From the IMG/VR virus record IMGVR_UViG_3300024229_000651: a stretch of DNA of 64,000 nt; one strand, given 5' to 3'. A program made the translations under genes and the position numbers. Shown here piece by piece: positions 19,817 through 28,630 of the stretch (positions within the stretch are counted from its first letter, which is position 1; the number at the start of each line of letters is the position of its first letter). Below the pieces are notes generated by a model that saw nothing but the letters and a program-made list of their open reading frames with translations, made no database searches and was not told the DNA's origin. The DNA comes from a virus. Taxonomy: Duplodnaviria; Caudoviricetes.

Positions 19817-20704
19817 TTATTTTCCTATTGCGTTGCCATATATGTGTACGTGTACTCGGCTTGTGTAATTGTATCCACGTTGTATTGCTTCATCGGCTAT
19901 ACTTGCTTCTGTTTGTACCAAGCCTTCGAATGTACCGCCGACACCCATAATCCATACTGGGAAGTTACATCCTGCTTCTCTGAATAGTTTGGTATTTTCT
20001 TCTACTTCTCTCCAACTTTCATCAGTGCCATTTACTACAAATTTTAGTTGACCACGACTAGAGACTTCGGCATACTTACCTACCACTTCAGGCTGAATAG
20101 CCTTTTTAGATTTCTCACCAGCAGTGCTCCACAGTTTAGGACTGATACTCCAATACCATTCTTTGCCTTCACATCTAGTATAACAACGATTAATATAATC
20201 AGCAAACTCGTCAGTGATAGGTCTAGTACCATTTGTTTCTACAGTAACAAAGTTGGGCATATTATCTCTTTTAGCAAACTCGTCTAACACACCAATCATA
20301 CCTGGCTGTGTGTTCTTTAACATAGGCTCGCCACCTGTAAACACCATGTGCGTTTCTTGTAATGTTGCAGGATGAATAAAGCTACCGTGCGGCAGAAGGG
20401 CTGTAAGCTCGTCTACTGCATCCTTTACACTACGATCGGTAATGAGATGCTTAAACTTCTTACTCCACGTATACGAACTATCACATCCTTTGTCAAACAC
20501 AGGAAGATCAAACACATTATCGATGTGCGTGATATCAATTTTCTCATATGGTAAGTCGTATGTGCTAGGGTCAGTAGGATCTGTTTGACCAAAGCCATTG
20601 CATTGTAAATTACACAAAAAGAATCTCATCCACAGGCTAGGTATGCCTACATACTGCCCTTCTCCTTGTGCTGAATAAAATGTTTCGCTGTACTTTAAGT
20701 TCAT
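19817..20704 (-). CDS. queE: 7-carboxy-7-deazaguanine synthase (radical SAM)
   Basis: ETFYSAQGEG, CNLQC...CDS cluster, FTGGEP, VETNGT, ISPK, LKFVV, HVHIYGN. Confidence 0.88.
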   Translation of the reverse strand: MNLKYSETFYSAQGEGQYVGIPSLWMRFFLCNLQCNGFGQTDPTDPSTYDLPYEKIDITHIDNVFDLPVFDKGCDSSYTWSKKFKHLITDRSVKDAVDELTALLPHGSFIHPATLQETHMVFTGGEPMLKNTQPGMIGVLDEFAKRDNMPNFVTVETNGTRPITDEFADYINRCYTRCEGKEWYWSISPKLWSTAGEKSKKAIQPEVVGKYAEVSSRGQLKFVVNGTDESWREVEENTKLFREAGCNFPVWIMGVGGTFEGLVQTEASIADEAIQRGYNYTSRVHVHIYGNAIGK

Positions 20705-20967
20705 ATGTCTATGCCCTTTAACTTGAGATACACCATCTCATCTGGTGTAGCCCATTCTGTTCTGTTCAAGTGGTGTCTGGGGAATTGCGGCGGGTCTATT
20801 TTCATTTTCCTAGTTCTAGTGTAACCTACTCTAAACCAAATTAACGACTTATTAAAAGTAGACCTTCTTGGAAAAAGTACAAAGGTTTTCTTCCAATCAC
20901 TGTATATTAGGTTATCTGCAGAATAAATATAGTCTACAGCATTACCGCTCTCACCCGGAATGGGCAC
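20701..20967 (-). CDS. hypothetical protein
   Basis: 88 aa, translationally coupled to queE. Confidence 0.6.
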   Translation of the reverse strand: MPIPGESGNAVDYIYSADNLIYSDWKKTFVLFPRRSTFNKSLIWFRVGYTRTRKMKIDPPQFPRHHLNRTEWATPDEMVYLKLKGIDI

Positions 20968-21503
20968 TACATACCCATCCGTTCTTTTGTTTCTAAGTAT
21001 TCATCGTAGTCTAAGTCTTGGCGTGTGCGCTCAATATCAACTAACACATTGGGTATATTTCTTATTAGAGCACTGTTAACTAATGTTTCTATATCAGTTA
21101 GACTATGCTCTCCCCGTTCATGTAAGTCGATTATTCTTAGACAACAAACTCTCAATGCTAGGTTTACTAGTGTTGTAAAGGATTGTTTGTGCGGATAGTA
21201 CTGAAGCGAAGCTGCTAGTAGTTTCATATACGGAACTTGATGCAGCCTAGTAATTTCTATTACAACATCAAATTCATCTTTACCCACATTTATCAAGTCA
21301 AGTAACTGATCGTCTGGTGCTCCAGGTAACGTGGTATTTTCTGCATAAAAACTAATAGCATCCACAATGTCTTGCCTGTCCATCGATGGATAAAGTTCAT
21401 ACAATTTTTCAAATGTTGCCCCACTTGCAATCTTATCACAAATGCCATCGACTGGGACAAGCCCGTTTGTTACAACGAATGTGTTCTGTCTTTTCTCGAT
21501 CAT
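20967..21503 (-). CDS. DUF433-like N-terminal domain protein
   Basis: VPVDGICDKIASGATFEKLYELYPSMDRQDIVDAISFY pattern. Confidence 0.55.
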   Translation of the reverse strand: MIEKRQNTFVVTNGLVPVDGICDKIASGATFEKLYELYPSMDRQDIVDAISFYAENTTLPGAPDDQLLDLINVGKDEFDVVIEITRLHQVPYMKLLAASLQYYPHKQSFTTLVNLALRVCCLRIIDLHERGEHSLTDIETLVNSALIRNIPNVLVDIERTRQDLDYDEYLETKERMGM

Positions 21504-21513
21504 TGTTAGTGCC

Positions 21514-22191
21514 TTATTTAGATGAGTTTACAATGTTCATGAATTCAGCACGAACGTCTGGTTCGTTCTTAAAGCAACCTCCTAGCTTGCTAGTGATTGT
21601 TGAGGAGCCTGTGTCCTCGACACCTCGACTCTTAACGCAATAATGTTGTGCATCAACAATAACTCCAATATTGGGCGTATCTAATATATACGACAATGCA
21701 TGATAAACTTGTTCAGTTAATCTTTCTTGGATTTGTGGACGTTTAGCAAAATATTCAACAACTCTGTTAAGTTTACTAAGTCCTAGCACTCTTTCATTTG
21801 GGATGTAGCCCACTGTAGCAACACCATCAATTACAACAAAGTGATGCTCGCAGTTTGATTGAACATTAATGTTACGCTCAATAACCATTTCGTCGTACTT
21901 CATTTTATTGTCTACTGCTGTACACTTTGGGAATGCTTCGTAGTCAAGTCCCCAAAAGATTTCGTTAACATACATCTTTGCCACACGCTTAGGTGTGTCC
22001 ATAAGACTGTCATCTGAAAGGTCTAGCCCCATGACGTTCATGATGTTTTTAAAGTGTTCTTCGATTAGATCAATTTTATCTGTACGAGAAAACCCGTTGT
22101 TATCAACTGGTGTTTCAACACCCATCTTTACTAGATGTTCGTGTACTCTGCGACCCAGATCTGGGTCAGTTTTAGTCTTATTATAAGCCAT
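21514..22191 (-). CDS. folE: GTP cyclohydrolase I
   Basis: TPKRVAKM, CEHH, GLSKLNR, RPQIQERLT, HYCVKSRG. Confidence 0.96.
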   Translation of the reverse strand: MAYNKTKTDPDLGRRVHEHLVKMGVETPVDNNGFSRTDKIDLIEEHFKNIMNVMGLDLSDDSLMDTPKRVAKMYVNEIFWGLDYEAFPKCTAVDNKMKYDEMVIERNINVQSNCEHHFVVIDGVATVGYIPNERVLGLSKLNRVVEYFAKRPQIQERLTEQVYHALSYILDTPNIGVIVDAQHYCVKSRGVEDTGSSTITSKLGGCFKNEPDVRAEFMNIVNSSK

Positions 22192-22262
22192 TCGATTCTC
22201 CTTCCTAACGCGGATTTAAATTTTTGAATTGTGTTGCTACCTTTGTGTAGCATTTATATTTA

Positions 22263-22469
22263 TCAACTGTCAAGTTTGATAATACCATTTTCCCAATTTT
22301 CTACTACATCCTCAGCATAGTGGATGCTTTTATTGAGCAATGTACGTGTCTCTTTCATAACACCATCCTCGAACAAGTCGACGACATAAGTCATGTCAGG
22401 GCCTTTAGTACCATCGCTGATATATTTAACTTTTCTTATTTTTGCAATACGTTCCATTACTTCCACCAT
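22263..22469 (-). CDS. hypothetical protein
   Basis: 68 aa between the PRTase and folE. Confidence 0.55.
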   Translation of the reverse strand: MVEVMERIAKIRKVKYISDGTKGPDMTYVVDLFEDGVMKETRTLLNKSIHYAEDVVENWENGIIKLDS

Positions 22470-22921
22470 TCCTCATAAGGAAAAACGATCCAATTGTTAT
22501 CCTCAAGTTCAATTTCTTCTGCATAATAGTCTACACCATCGAACGAACTTGATTGCTTGTTAAATATTGTAGCATATCTGATGTCAGAATACAAGCTATT
22601 ATTTTTATTAATAGCTTCAGATATACCAGACAGAGTGCTACCAGTGTCGTTGATATCATCGATAACAAGAATATCTGTGTTACTATGATTGCTTAAAATA
22701 CTTTGTAGTTGTTCAGCATCTTCGAAATCACCATCCCTTGTTTGCCAGTTGAATCCTTCGAACGGAACGTTTAAATAGTGACTGAGCATTACACCGGGTA
22801 TATATCCTCCTCTACCAGGCCCAATTACTACACCTGGATTAAACGAGTCCAAGGAAATCATACGCACCAAATCAGCAAGGTATGATTCTAAATCATCCCA
22901 TGTATAAAATTTCTTCATCAC
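22457..22921 (-). CDS. purine (xanthine-guanine-type) phosphoribosyltransferase
   Basis: YTWDD, VLVIDDINDTGST PRPP loop, WIVFPYE. Confidence 0.88.
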   Translation of the reverse strand: MMKKFYTWDDLESYLADLVRMISLDSFNPGVVIGPGRGGYIPGVMLSHYLNVPFEGFNWQTRDGDFEDAEQLQSILSNHSNTDILVIDDINDTGSTLSGISEAINKNNSLYSDIRYATIFNKQSSSFDGVDYYAEEIELEDNNWIVFPYEEWWK

Positions 22922-23901
22922 GTTTTCCTTTTAGATTTTGCAGATTGCCATTTGATCTCATCTCTGATAATATCTTCAATAGACATAGCAGGACTCCATC
23001 CTAATACTTTAGCGGCTTTGCTATTATCTGCAAAAGTACCTACCATATCACCCGGTCGCCTAGGCGTAATAGATGTATCAATCTCTGTGTCTAGTTCTTT
23101 TGCAACCAGATCAACAAGTTGTTTTGTGCTGACAGGATTGCTACTACCAATGTTTAATGTAGTTGAATCGCCACCGTCACTCAAGTAGTTAACAGCGGAT
23201 TGGAACGCTCTTGCAACGTCACTCACGTGGGTATAGTCACGAATGTTTGTTCCGTCTACAGTGTCGTAGTCGTCGCCGTTAATCTCAAACCCTTCGTTCT
23301 CCATAGCTTTTCGTGTAAGTATGGGAAGAACATGAACAAGCGGATCTTTTTGATAACCGTATCGGCCATTAGCACTGCCTGCAACATTAAACAGTCTCAA
23401 GTTAACAAAGTTAAAATCGTTTGCCGTTGCATAGTCTTGGATAATTTGCTCACAGATCATTTTTGATCTGCCATATGGATTGATTGGACTTAGGCTATCG
23501 TCTTCTTTGAACATACCATTGTCTTGTTGGCTTGTACCGTATACACTACTACTTGATGCAAATATAAAGTTCTTTACACCAGCGTCAGCGCAGTTATTAA
23601 GCAAGTTGATTGTTTGATAGACATTTTGTGTGTACGTGGTCGCCGGGTCCTTCATACTAGCTGGTACACTGTTATTTGCCGCTATATGAATAACTACATC
23701 AGGTTTAAGTAACTTTAATATACCGTTAACTTGTTTGTTATCAACCTCAAACGGGTATTGGGTTACACCTTCTAATGTGCGTTTGCTTTTATCAATGTTA
23801 ACAACATTGTATCCGCTGTCTGATAACAATCGACAAACGTTACTTCCAATAAAGCCGCTGCCTCCCGTTACAACCACAGATTTTTCTGTTATGTTATTCA
23901 C
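22918..23901 (-). CDS. galE: NAD-dependent nucleotide-sugar epimerase (GalE-like)
   Basis: VTGGSGFIG, SSSSVYG, YGRSK, RDYTHV; GTG start at 23901 with GAGGA RBS. Confidence 0.88.
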   Translation of the reverse strand: MNNITEKSVVVTGGSGFIGSNVCRLLSDSGYNVVNIDKSKRTLEGVTQYPFEVDNKQVNGILKLLKPDVVIHIAANNSVPASMKDPATTYTQNVYQTINLLNNCADAGVKNFIFASSSSVYGTSQQDNGMFKEDDSLSPINPYGRSKMICEQIIQDYATANDFNFVNLRLFNVAGSANGRYGYQKDPLVHVLPILTRKAMENEGFEINGDDYDTVDGTNIRDYTHVSDVARAFQSAVNYLSDGGDSTTLNIGSSNPVSTKQLVDLVAKELDTEIDTSITPRRPGDMVGTFADNSKAAKVLGWSPAMSIEDIIRDEIKWQSAKSKRKT

Positions 23902-24952
23902 TTGTGTGTCCTCTAATAATTGTGTACAGTTTCTCACCACTGAAAAACTCTTTTCTTAAATTGCTTTCCAAATCTTGTATTCGATTATCTCGTTCGTAAC
24001 TAGGAGTAAGAACTGCTTGTATGTATTCAACTATCTTATCCTTGTGGTTCAAATAGCTGTCCCAATCCTCTGTCCATGCACTTGGATATTTAAAGTAGTC
24101 ATCGTACATCTCTGTATAACTAAGTCTGTCTGGAACAATAGGTTGAGCACCTACAATGGCTCCTTCGTAACAACTGATGCCTAATGTTTCTTGTGTGTTA
24201 GCACTGAACACTGCTTTGGCTTTACCAAGTAGATCATGATACTCGTCTTTGGTTAGCGTTTGTTCCTGACAAACAATAAAGTCTGTGTCTGGAAAGCTGT
24301 TAGCTAAGTCTTTGAAAATATCAACTTGTTTTTCAGGTGCGACCCGATGAGGGAATAGTACAATATCTTCTTTGTCGGCAGAAGTATGTGTGTCTAATAA
24401 TCCCTTCATGTACTCCATTGGCCAACCCACTTTGTGAATTTTATTTAAATCCACATCTGGGAATGCCTCTAAAAATAATTCTATATGAAAGTCGGTAGCA
24501 TAAAAATTATCATCGAAGGCATTGAACATTGCAAGTTCTGTGTGTCTGCACCATGGAGCGTTACCTATCAGCCTTCCTAAAAAGTCTGCTGGGTCATAAC
24601 TACCGGCATGCCACATGCCTCCGATTTTAATTTTTACATCAAGTAATTCAGCCATATACTTTAATTGAAGAACTGTAGGGTTCCAAGCATCAGTGTATAA
24701 GAAGTAGTCTCCGTCTTGTACAGTACCGTCTGCAAACATCTGGCTAATTGTTTTCAGTTGCTCGCTTTTCCAGTAATTAGTTCCACTGAAGTTTAAAAAT
24801 GCTCCCGGAGTTGTGTCTTGAGGAGCATCAGCTGGTCCCTCTATAACATGTACCTCTAGCCCAGCATCACGCATTTGCTGAGGCAAATGCTTTTTCCACT
24901 GCGCAGTGTATCTTGTTTCTACAGGTTCTATTTCAACTAAGTATACTTTCAT
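23894..24952 (-). CDS. GT-B (GT4-like) glycosyltransferase
   Basis: FPHRVAPEK and QETLGISCYEG (E-x7-E) motifs. Confidence 0.75.
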   Translation of the reverse strand: MKVYLVEIEPVETRYTAQWKKHLPQQMRDAGLEVHVIEGPADAPQDTTPGAFLNFSGTNYWKSEQLKTISQMFADGTVQDGDYFLYTDAWNPTVLQLKYMAELLDVKIKIGGMWHAGSYDPADFLGRLIGNAPWCRHTELAMFNAFDDNFYATDFHIELFLEAFPDVDLNKIHKVGWPMEYMKGLLDTHTSADKEDIVLFPHRVAPEKQVDIFKDLANSFPDTDFIVCQEQTLTKDEYHDLLGKAKAVFSANTQETLGISCYEGAIVGAQPIVPDRLSYTEMYDDYFKYPSAWTEDWDSYLNHKDKIVEYIQAVLTPSYERDNRIQDLESNLRKEFFSGEKLYTIIRGHTSE

Positions 24953-24954
24953 AA

Positions 24955-25137
24955 TTACATGCTGTTCTTTTTATCTTGAATTTCTGCACGTCTAGTCTTA
25001 GCTAGTTTACCTAAATCGCCTAATGCTTTACGAGCACGAGCTGATGCAGCTTTCACACCCTTTGATTCGAATTTTTCACTCTCCTCTAAGTATGTTTCCA
25101 TTGCCGCTTTGATTTGTAAATGTGTTTCTGAACTCAT
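24955..25137 (-). CDS. histone H1-like Hc1-family DNA-binding protein
   Basis: KGVKAASARARKALGDLGKLAKTRRAEIQ signature. Confidence 0.8.
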   Translation of the reverse strand: MSSETHLQIKAAMETYLEESEKFESKGVKAASARARKALGDLGKLAKTRRAEIQDKKNSM

Positions 25138-25153
25138 AGTTCTCTCCTTAGTG

Positions 25154-26188
25154 TTATTCCGTATTTGATACGGATTCGATTATGGCACCATAATTTTTTT
25201 GATATTCCATTAGGGTGTCGTAATTATGTTGTAATATTTCTGCAGTTTCTAGTGAATACATATCGATATGCATTTGTTTAATGGACAGTCCTTTTAGCTG
25301 TTCCAGCACATGATTCATTCTCTTGTCGTCATCGAGCGAATCGTATCTTTCGTCAAATATGTGTGGGAAGGTTTTAAATCCCATTTTGCGTAACTCTTTC
25401 AATGAATTTTTATTACCGATAAGTAAGAAAGGTCTCTTATTATATATGCTTCGGAATATCTTCTCACTGAAAAATACTGGTTCCCAATGCGCTAATTGTG
25501 CACAATGAAACTGATCATGGAAATAAAATGTTTCAGGGACCAAGTCGAAGTAAGTTCTATCGTAAATATCAAAAAACTCTTTCCCTGGATCTTGAAAGGT
25601 TCTGCGCTCCATTACAGTTTTGTGTCCCTCAGCAGACTTTGGAACTTTGTCGTGAAACCATGGATGTAACTCTTCCTTAAAGTCGTTTATCCATGTCCAT
25701 TCGCAACTGTCAATGAGATTATTTTCGTAGATATAATTCATTGCTTCGATACGATGGTCTCTTGGCTCTCCGCACAAGTATGTGAATAACTTTTCTCTGT
25801 GGGTATTGTTTCGTAATACCTCATATTGTGCATGGTAATCAGTTGTGTTTGTGACAAGTACGGATGCCCAAATTGGATAGTATGCTACAGTTAGTCTACT
25901 ACTTGGGTTGTTTTCTTTGCACCACATATCGTATAGATCTTGGACATTAACATTACCCCACCATAGTGTTACTAAACTGGGGTCAACGGATGCAATACTG
26001 CACTGCTCGTATATAACAGTAAACAAGTCCATGCCACGAGAAGTGTGAGTAGATTGCCTATCCGGATCTATAAAAAGCCCGCCCTCAGTGATTAAGTCCA
26101 TTGAGATAGTCTCGCCAGCTGGCATCAGGGCTAACTCTTCGTGCAAAGTTTCGCCTGGGTAACCTGAATACAGCTGGATATGATTCAT
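25154..26188 (-). CDS. putative glycosyltransferase-like protein
   Basis: YFDLVPET...FFSEK...RPF C-terminal block resembles GT10-type motifs. Confidence 0.4.
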   Translation of the reverse strand: MNHIQLYSGYPGETLHEELALMPAGETISMDLITEGGLFIDPDRQSTHTSRGMDLFTVIYEQCSIASVDPSLVTLWWGNVNVQDLYDMWCKENNPSSRLTVAYYPIWASVLVTNTTDYHAQYEVLRNNTHREKLFTYLCGEPRDHRIEAMNYIYENNLIDSCEWTWINDFKEELHPWFHDKVPKSAEGHKTVMERRTFQDPGKEFFDIYDRTYFDLVPETFYFHDQFHCAQLAHWEPVFFSEKIFRSIYNKRPFLLIGNKNSLKELRKMGFKTFPHIFDERYDSLDDDKRMNHVLEQLKGLSIKQMHIDMYSLETAEILQHNYDTLMEYQKNYGAIIESVSNTE

Positions 26189-26556
26189 TCCTGATACTCT
26201 ATTTCACAACCATTTTCGTTGTCTTCTGCAACAGATATCTTTAGCCAGCGGTCTGGGTACTTGGCTTGTACATGCTCCGCTAAATCATCTGCGATCATTT
26301 CACAGCTCTTGTAATCCAACTGCAATGTGTCTTGTGTGTACAGTCTTTCCATCCAGCGTTTAAACTGAATAAACTCCACGTCTCTGTCATTGTGGAACAC
26401 TTCAAGCCAAACTTTAAAATGGAATATATGTCGGTGGGGATATCCTAAAAAAGATACGTCATCCCAATCGCCTGTTGCTAGATTGGGATCAGTATCAGCG
26501 CCTGGATACTTGTGTACACCTTCCTTTTGAAACGTTACCCAAATACTTCTCATCAA
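26185..26556 (-). CDS. QueD-like T-fold protein (DpdL candidate)
   Basis: LGYPHRHIF, RDVEFI, SCEMIA, EDNENG. Confidence 0.65.
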   Translation of the reverse strand: MMRSIWVTFQKEGVHKYPGADTDPNLATGDWDDVSFLGYPHRHIFHFKVWLEVFHNDRDVEFIQFKRWMERLYTQDTLQLDYKSCEMIADDLAEHVQAKYPDRWLKISVAEDNENGCEIEYQE

Positions 26557-26626
26557 TCGTCCTCAGTTTTTATTACTATCCAAACTACTAGTATACTAAA
26601 CAATATTCCTGCAAATGCATATTCCA

Positions 26627-27103
26627 TTACGCATCACTACCAAACGTATCGATATACTCTGCTAGGTCTTTGATGTCATCCTCTGACAACATACCTGCTT
26701 GCCCCCACATAAGTGCACTCTGTGCCCCTACTGTTTCTCCTGCTTTGTAACTACGTAAACGATCTACGATATATTCCACAGTCTGTCCTGCAAGCATGGG
26801 ACCAACTCCGCCTTGCCCACGTGCTCCGTGACAAGCACCACAAGAAGCATATTTTGCTTGCCCGGGCATAACATCAGCAGATGCTAATTGCACTCCGGCG
26901 CTTACAACATAGGCACTTGCTGACCCAGTAAAGTTTGCAGGTTCAGCAGATACGTGAACTACACCGAAGCCTTTGATTCTTTCTTCGATGCCTGCTAGTT
27001 GTTCTTTTGTAGTATCAGTACGTTTTGCTGCGAACACAGCTTGCTCGCCACAGCCGCCAATGAACAGTGTTGCTGCTAAGATTGTTGTTGTTAATAGTTT
27101 CAT
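26627..27103 (-). CDS. class I c-type cytochrome (c553/c4-like) with export signal
   Basis: CGACH heme motif, GPMLAGQ, distal Met (ALM); N-terminal signal/lipobox-like LFIGGC. Confidence 0.88.
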   Translation of the reverse strand: MKLLTTTILAATLFIGGCGEQAVFAAKRTDTTKEQLAGIEERIKGFGVVHVSAEPANFTGSASAYVVSAGVQLASADVMPGQAKYASCGACHGARGQGGVGPMLAGQTVEYIVDRLRSYKAGETVGAQSALMWGQAGMLSEDDIKDLAEYIDTFGSDA

Positions 27104-27333
27104 GTGTTATCTCCGTCAAAATATTTAACATCACTTTTATTAAAAGGTTTATTATCGTCGCCTTTGACCAAAGAAACTAGTCGGGCGATCTCGTCTTTAA
27201 CCTTGAGTTTGGTTTTCTTAAGAAAGTTTACTCGCATATCACCTTCATAGTTTTCACTTGCAAGCTCAATTTGACTATCAAGTCTTTTGTGTTTTGTTTT
27301 AAGAACTTCAATTCTATCTTTCATTGTAGTCAT
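27100..27333 (-). CDS. DUF465/YdcH-like protein
   Basis: LKTKHKRLDSQI...LKKTKLKVKDEI. Confidence 0.65.
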   Translation of the reverse strand: MTTMKDRIEVLKTKHKRLDSQIELASENYEGDMRVNFLKKTKLKVKDEIARLVSLVKGDDNKPFNKSDVKYFDGDNT

Positions 27334-27511
27334 CTTCTTCTCCTCCTAAGCACTTTCTGTCTTCAGGTTCAATTGGATTATCGTAATAATCGTGCGTTCC
27401 TGCTCTGTACCTTGCTTTCTTTTCGCTGACTAGAACACAACTCATATATGCCATCCATCCCATGCCCGCAAGAAAAATCAAACTGAATATAGTTTGTATT
27501 ACTTCAATCAT
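27314..27511 (-). CDS. small membrane protein
   Basis: N-terminal TM helix. Confidence 0.55.
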   Translation of the reverse strand: MIEVIQTIFSLIFLAGMGWMAYMSCVLVSEKKARYRAGTHDYYDNPIEPEDRKCLGGEEDDYNER

Positions 27512-27629
27512 CGGATAGCTCTGCCGTTGTGTTATAAAGACCTTTCATACTTTCGATAACTGCAATAATCTCTTCGACTTCGTCAGCATCATCTTTAGTA
27601 TCAATTTCTATTTCAATTTTAATTTTCAT
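27504..27629 (-). CDS. 41-aa acidic protein (not in ORF track)
   Basis: manual translation MKIKIEIEIDTKDDADEVEE...; TTGACT-17-TATAAT at 27636-27664 directly upstream. Confidence 0.5.
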   Translation of the reverse strand: MKIKIEIEIDTKDDADEVEEIIAVIESMKGLYNTTAELSDD

Positions 27630-27653
27630 AATAATATTATACTGTATATAGGA

Positions 27654-28100
27654 TCAATAGTCAACCATTTTATTTGGCGTATCACCCCTTTGCTCCCTCA
27701 AATTCACCTTTTCCAAACTAAGTTTATCCTTCAAACTCAATACATATGCACTCGCAGCAAGTATAGCAATACCTGTTGTTTCATAAAGTATAAATTCAGG
27801 CTCAGTTCCTTTAGTTGTTAATACAATCATTCTAGTCAGTGCTGTGATTGCAATAATGATAGGTAGTGTGACTGGTATTCTATGATCTTTATAAAATGCA
27901 CCAACCATACCTAATATTTCTGCGTAAATAAACAATAGGAATAAGTCGGCCAATGCCATCTTTCCGCTTGTTGTGAACATATGCAAAATATCAAACCCAG
28001 CTGCCCATACTGTACCTGCTACAATAAACAATAGCAATGCTTTTTCCATATGCATAATAATTCTATGGACAGAGTTCTTATATTTTCTACTGAATGACAT
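27654..28100 (-). CDS. psiE: phosphate-starvation-inducible PsiE-family membrane protein
   Basis: LADLFLLFIYAEI...IPVTLPIIIAITALTR. Confidence 0.85.
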   Translation of the reverse strand: MSFSRKYKNSVHRIIMHMEKALLLFIVAGTVWAAGFDILHMFTTSGKMALADLFLLFIYAEILGMVGAFYKDHRIPVTLPIIIAITALTRMIVLTTKGTEPEFILYETTGIAILAASAYVLSLKDKLSLEKVNLREQRGDTPNKMVDY

Positions 28101-28630
28101 TACTCTATTACCTCGTCGCCCACATATTCAGTCCAATCGGTGTACTTGGATCTGTCTTTGAGGTCGTGTAAACTGTGGCACCAAACACCTGTGTTTGTTC
28201 CTTTGAATGATTTATCATCTAGTTTGAGTGTTGTATTGTAGTTAAACAATTTGATATTCGGAAGTCGAACAGCAATCATAGGGATAAATTTATTGTAGTC
28301 AGTCCAGCCGTTATCGTGAAACCATTCGTGATTAGCATAGGAGCTGTCGAAATCAAGTGTGACCCATACATCAGCGTCTAACAGTTGCGTAATAATGTAA
28401 TCCCATTCTGCCCACGAGTTCGAATCATCTTGTGGCTGAAATGAGTCAGCACATCCTAAGTACACATGATCAATTTTGTTGTTTAGACATCTTGCTAAAA
28501 TCTCCTTAACATTTTGTCTACCAATAACAAACAACGTTTTTTTGCCATACAGAGGAGTATGCTCAACTTCAGTACCAATAAAGAACTTTGGATCGTCTCC
28601 AAAGTTGGTCCTACCTTCTACTGTTGCCAT
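28100..28630 (-). CDS. hypothetical protein in the dpdA operon
   Basis: 176 aa; overlaps both neighbours; GTEVEHTP...TLFV and GVWCH motifs. Confidence 0.7.
   Translation of the reverse strand: MATVEGRTNFGDDPKFFIGTEVEHTPLYGKKTLFVIGRQNVKEILARCLNNKIDHVYLGCADSFQPQDDSNSWAEWDYIITQLLDADVWVTLDFDSSYANHEWFHDNGWTDYNKFIPMIAVRLPNIKLFNYNTTLKLDDKSFKGTNTGVWCHSLHDLKDRSKYTDWTEYVGDEVIE

Noticed and set aside
22192-22262. preQ1 riboswitch upstream of folE
   Set aside because: Only a TGCTAC/GTAGCA hairpin; no preQ1 loop consensus or A-rich tail geometry.
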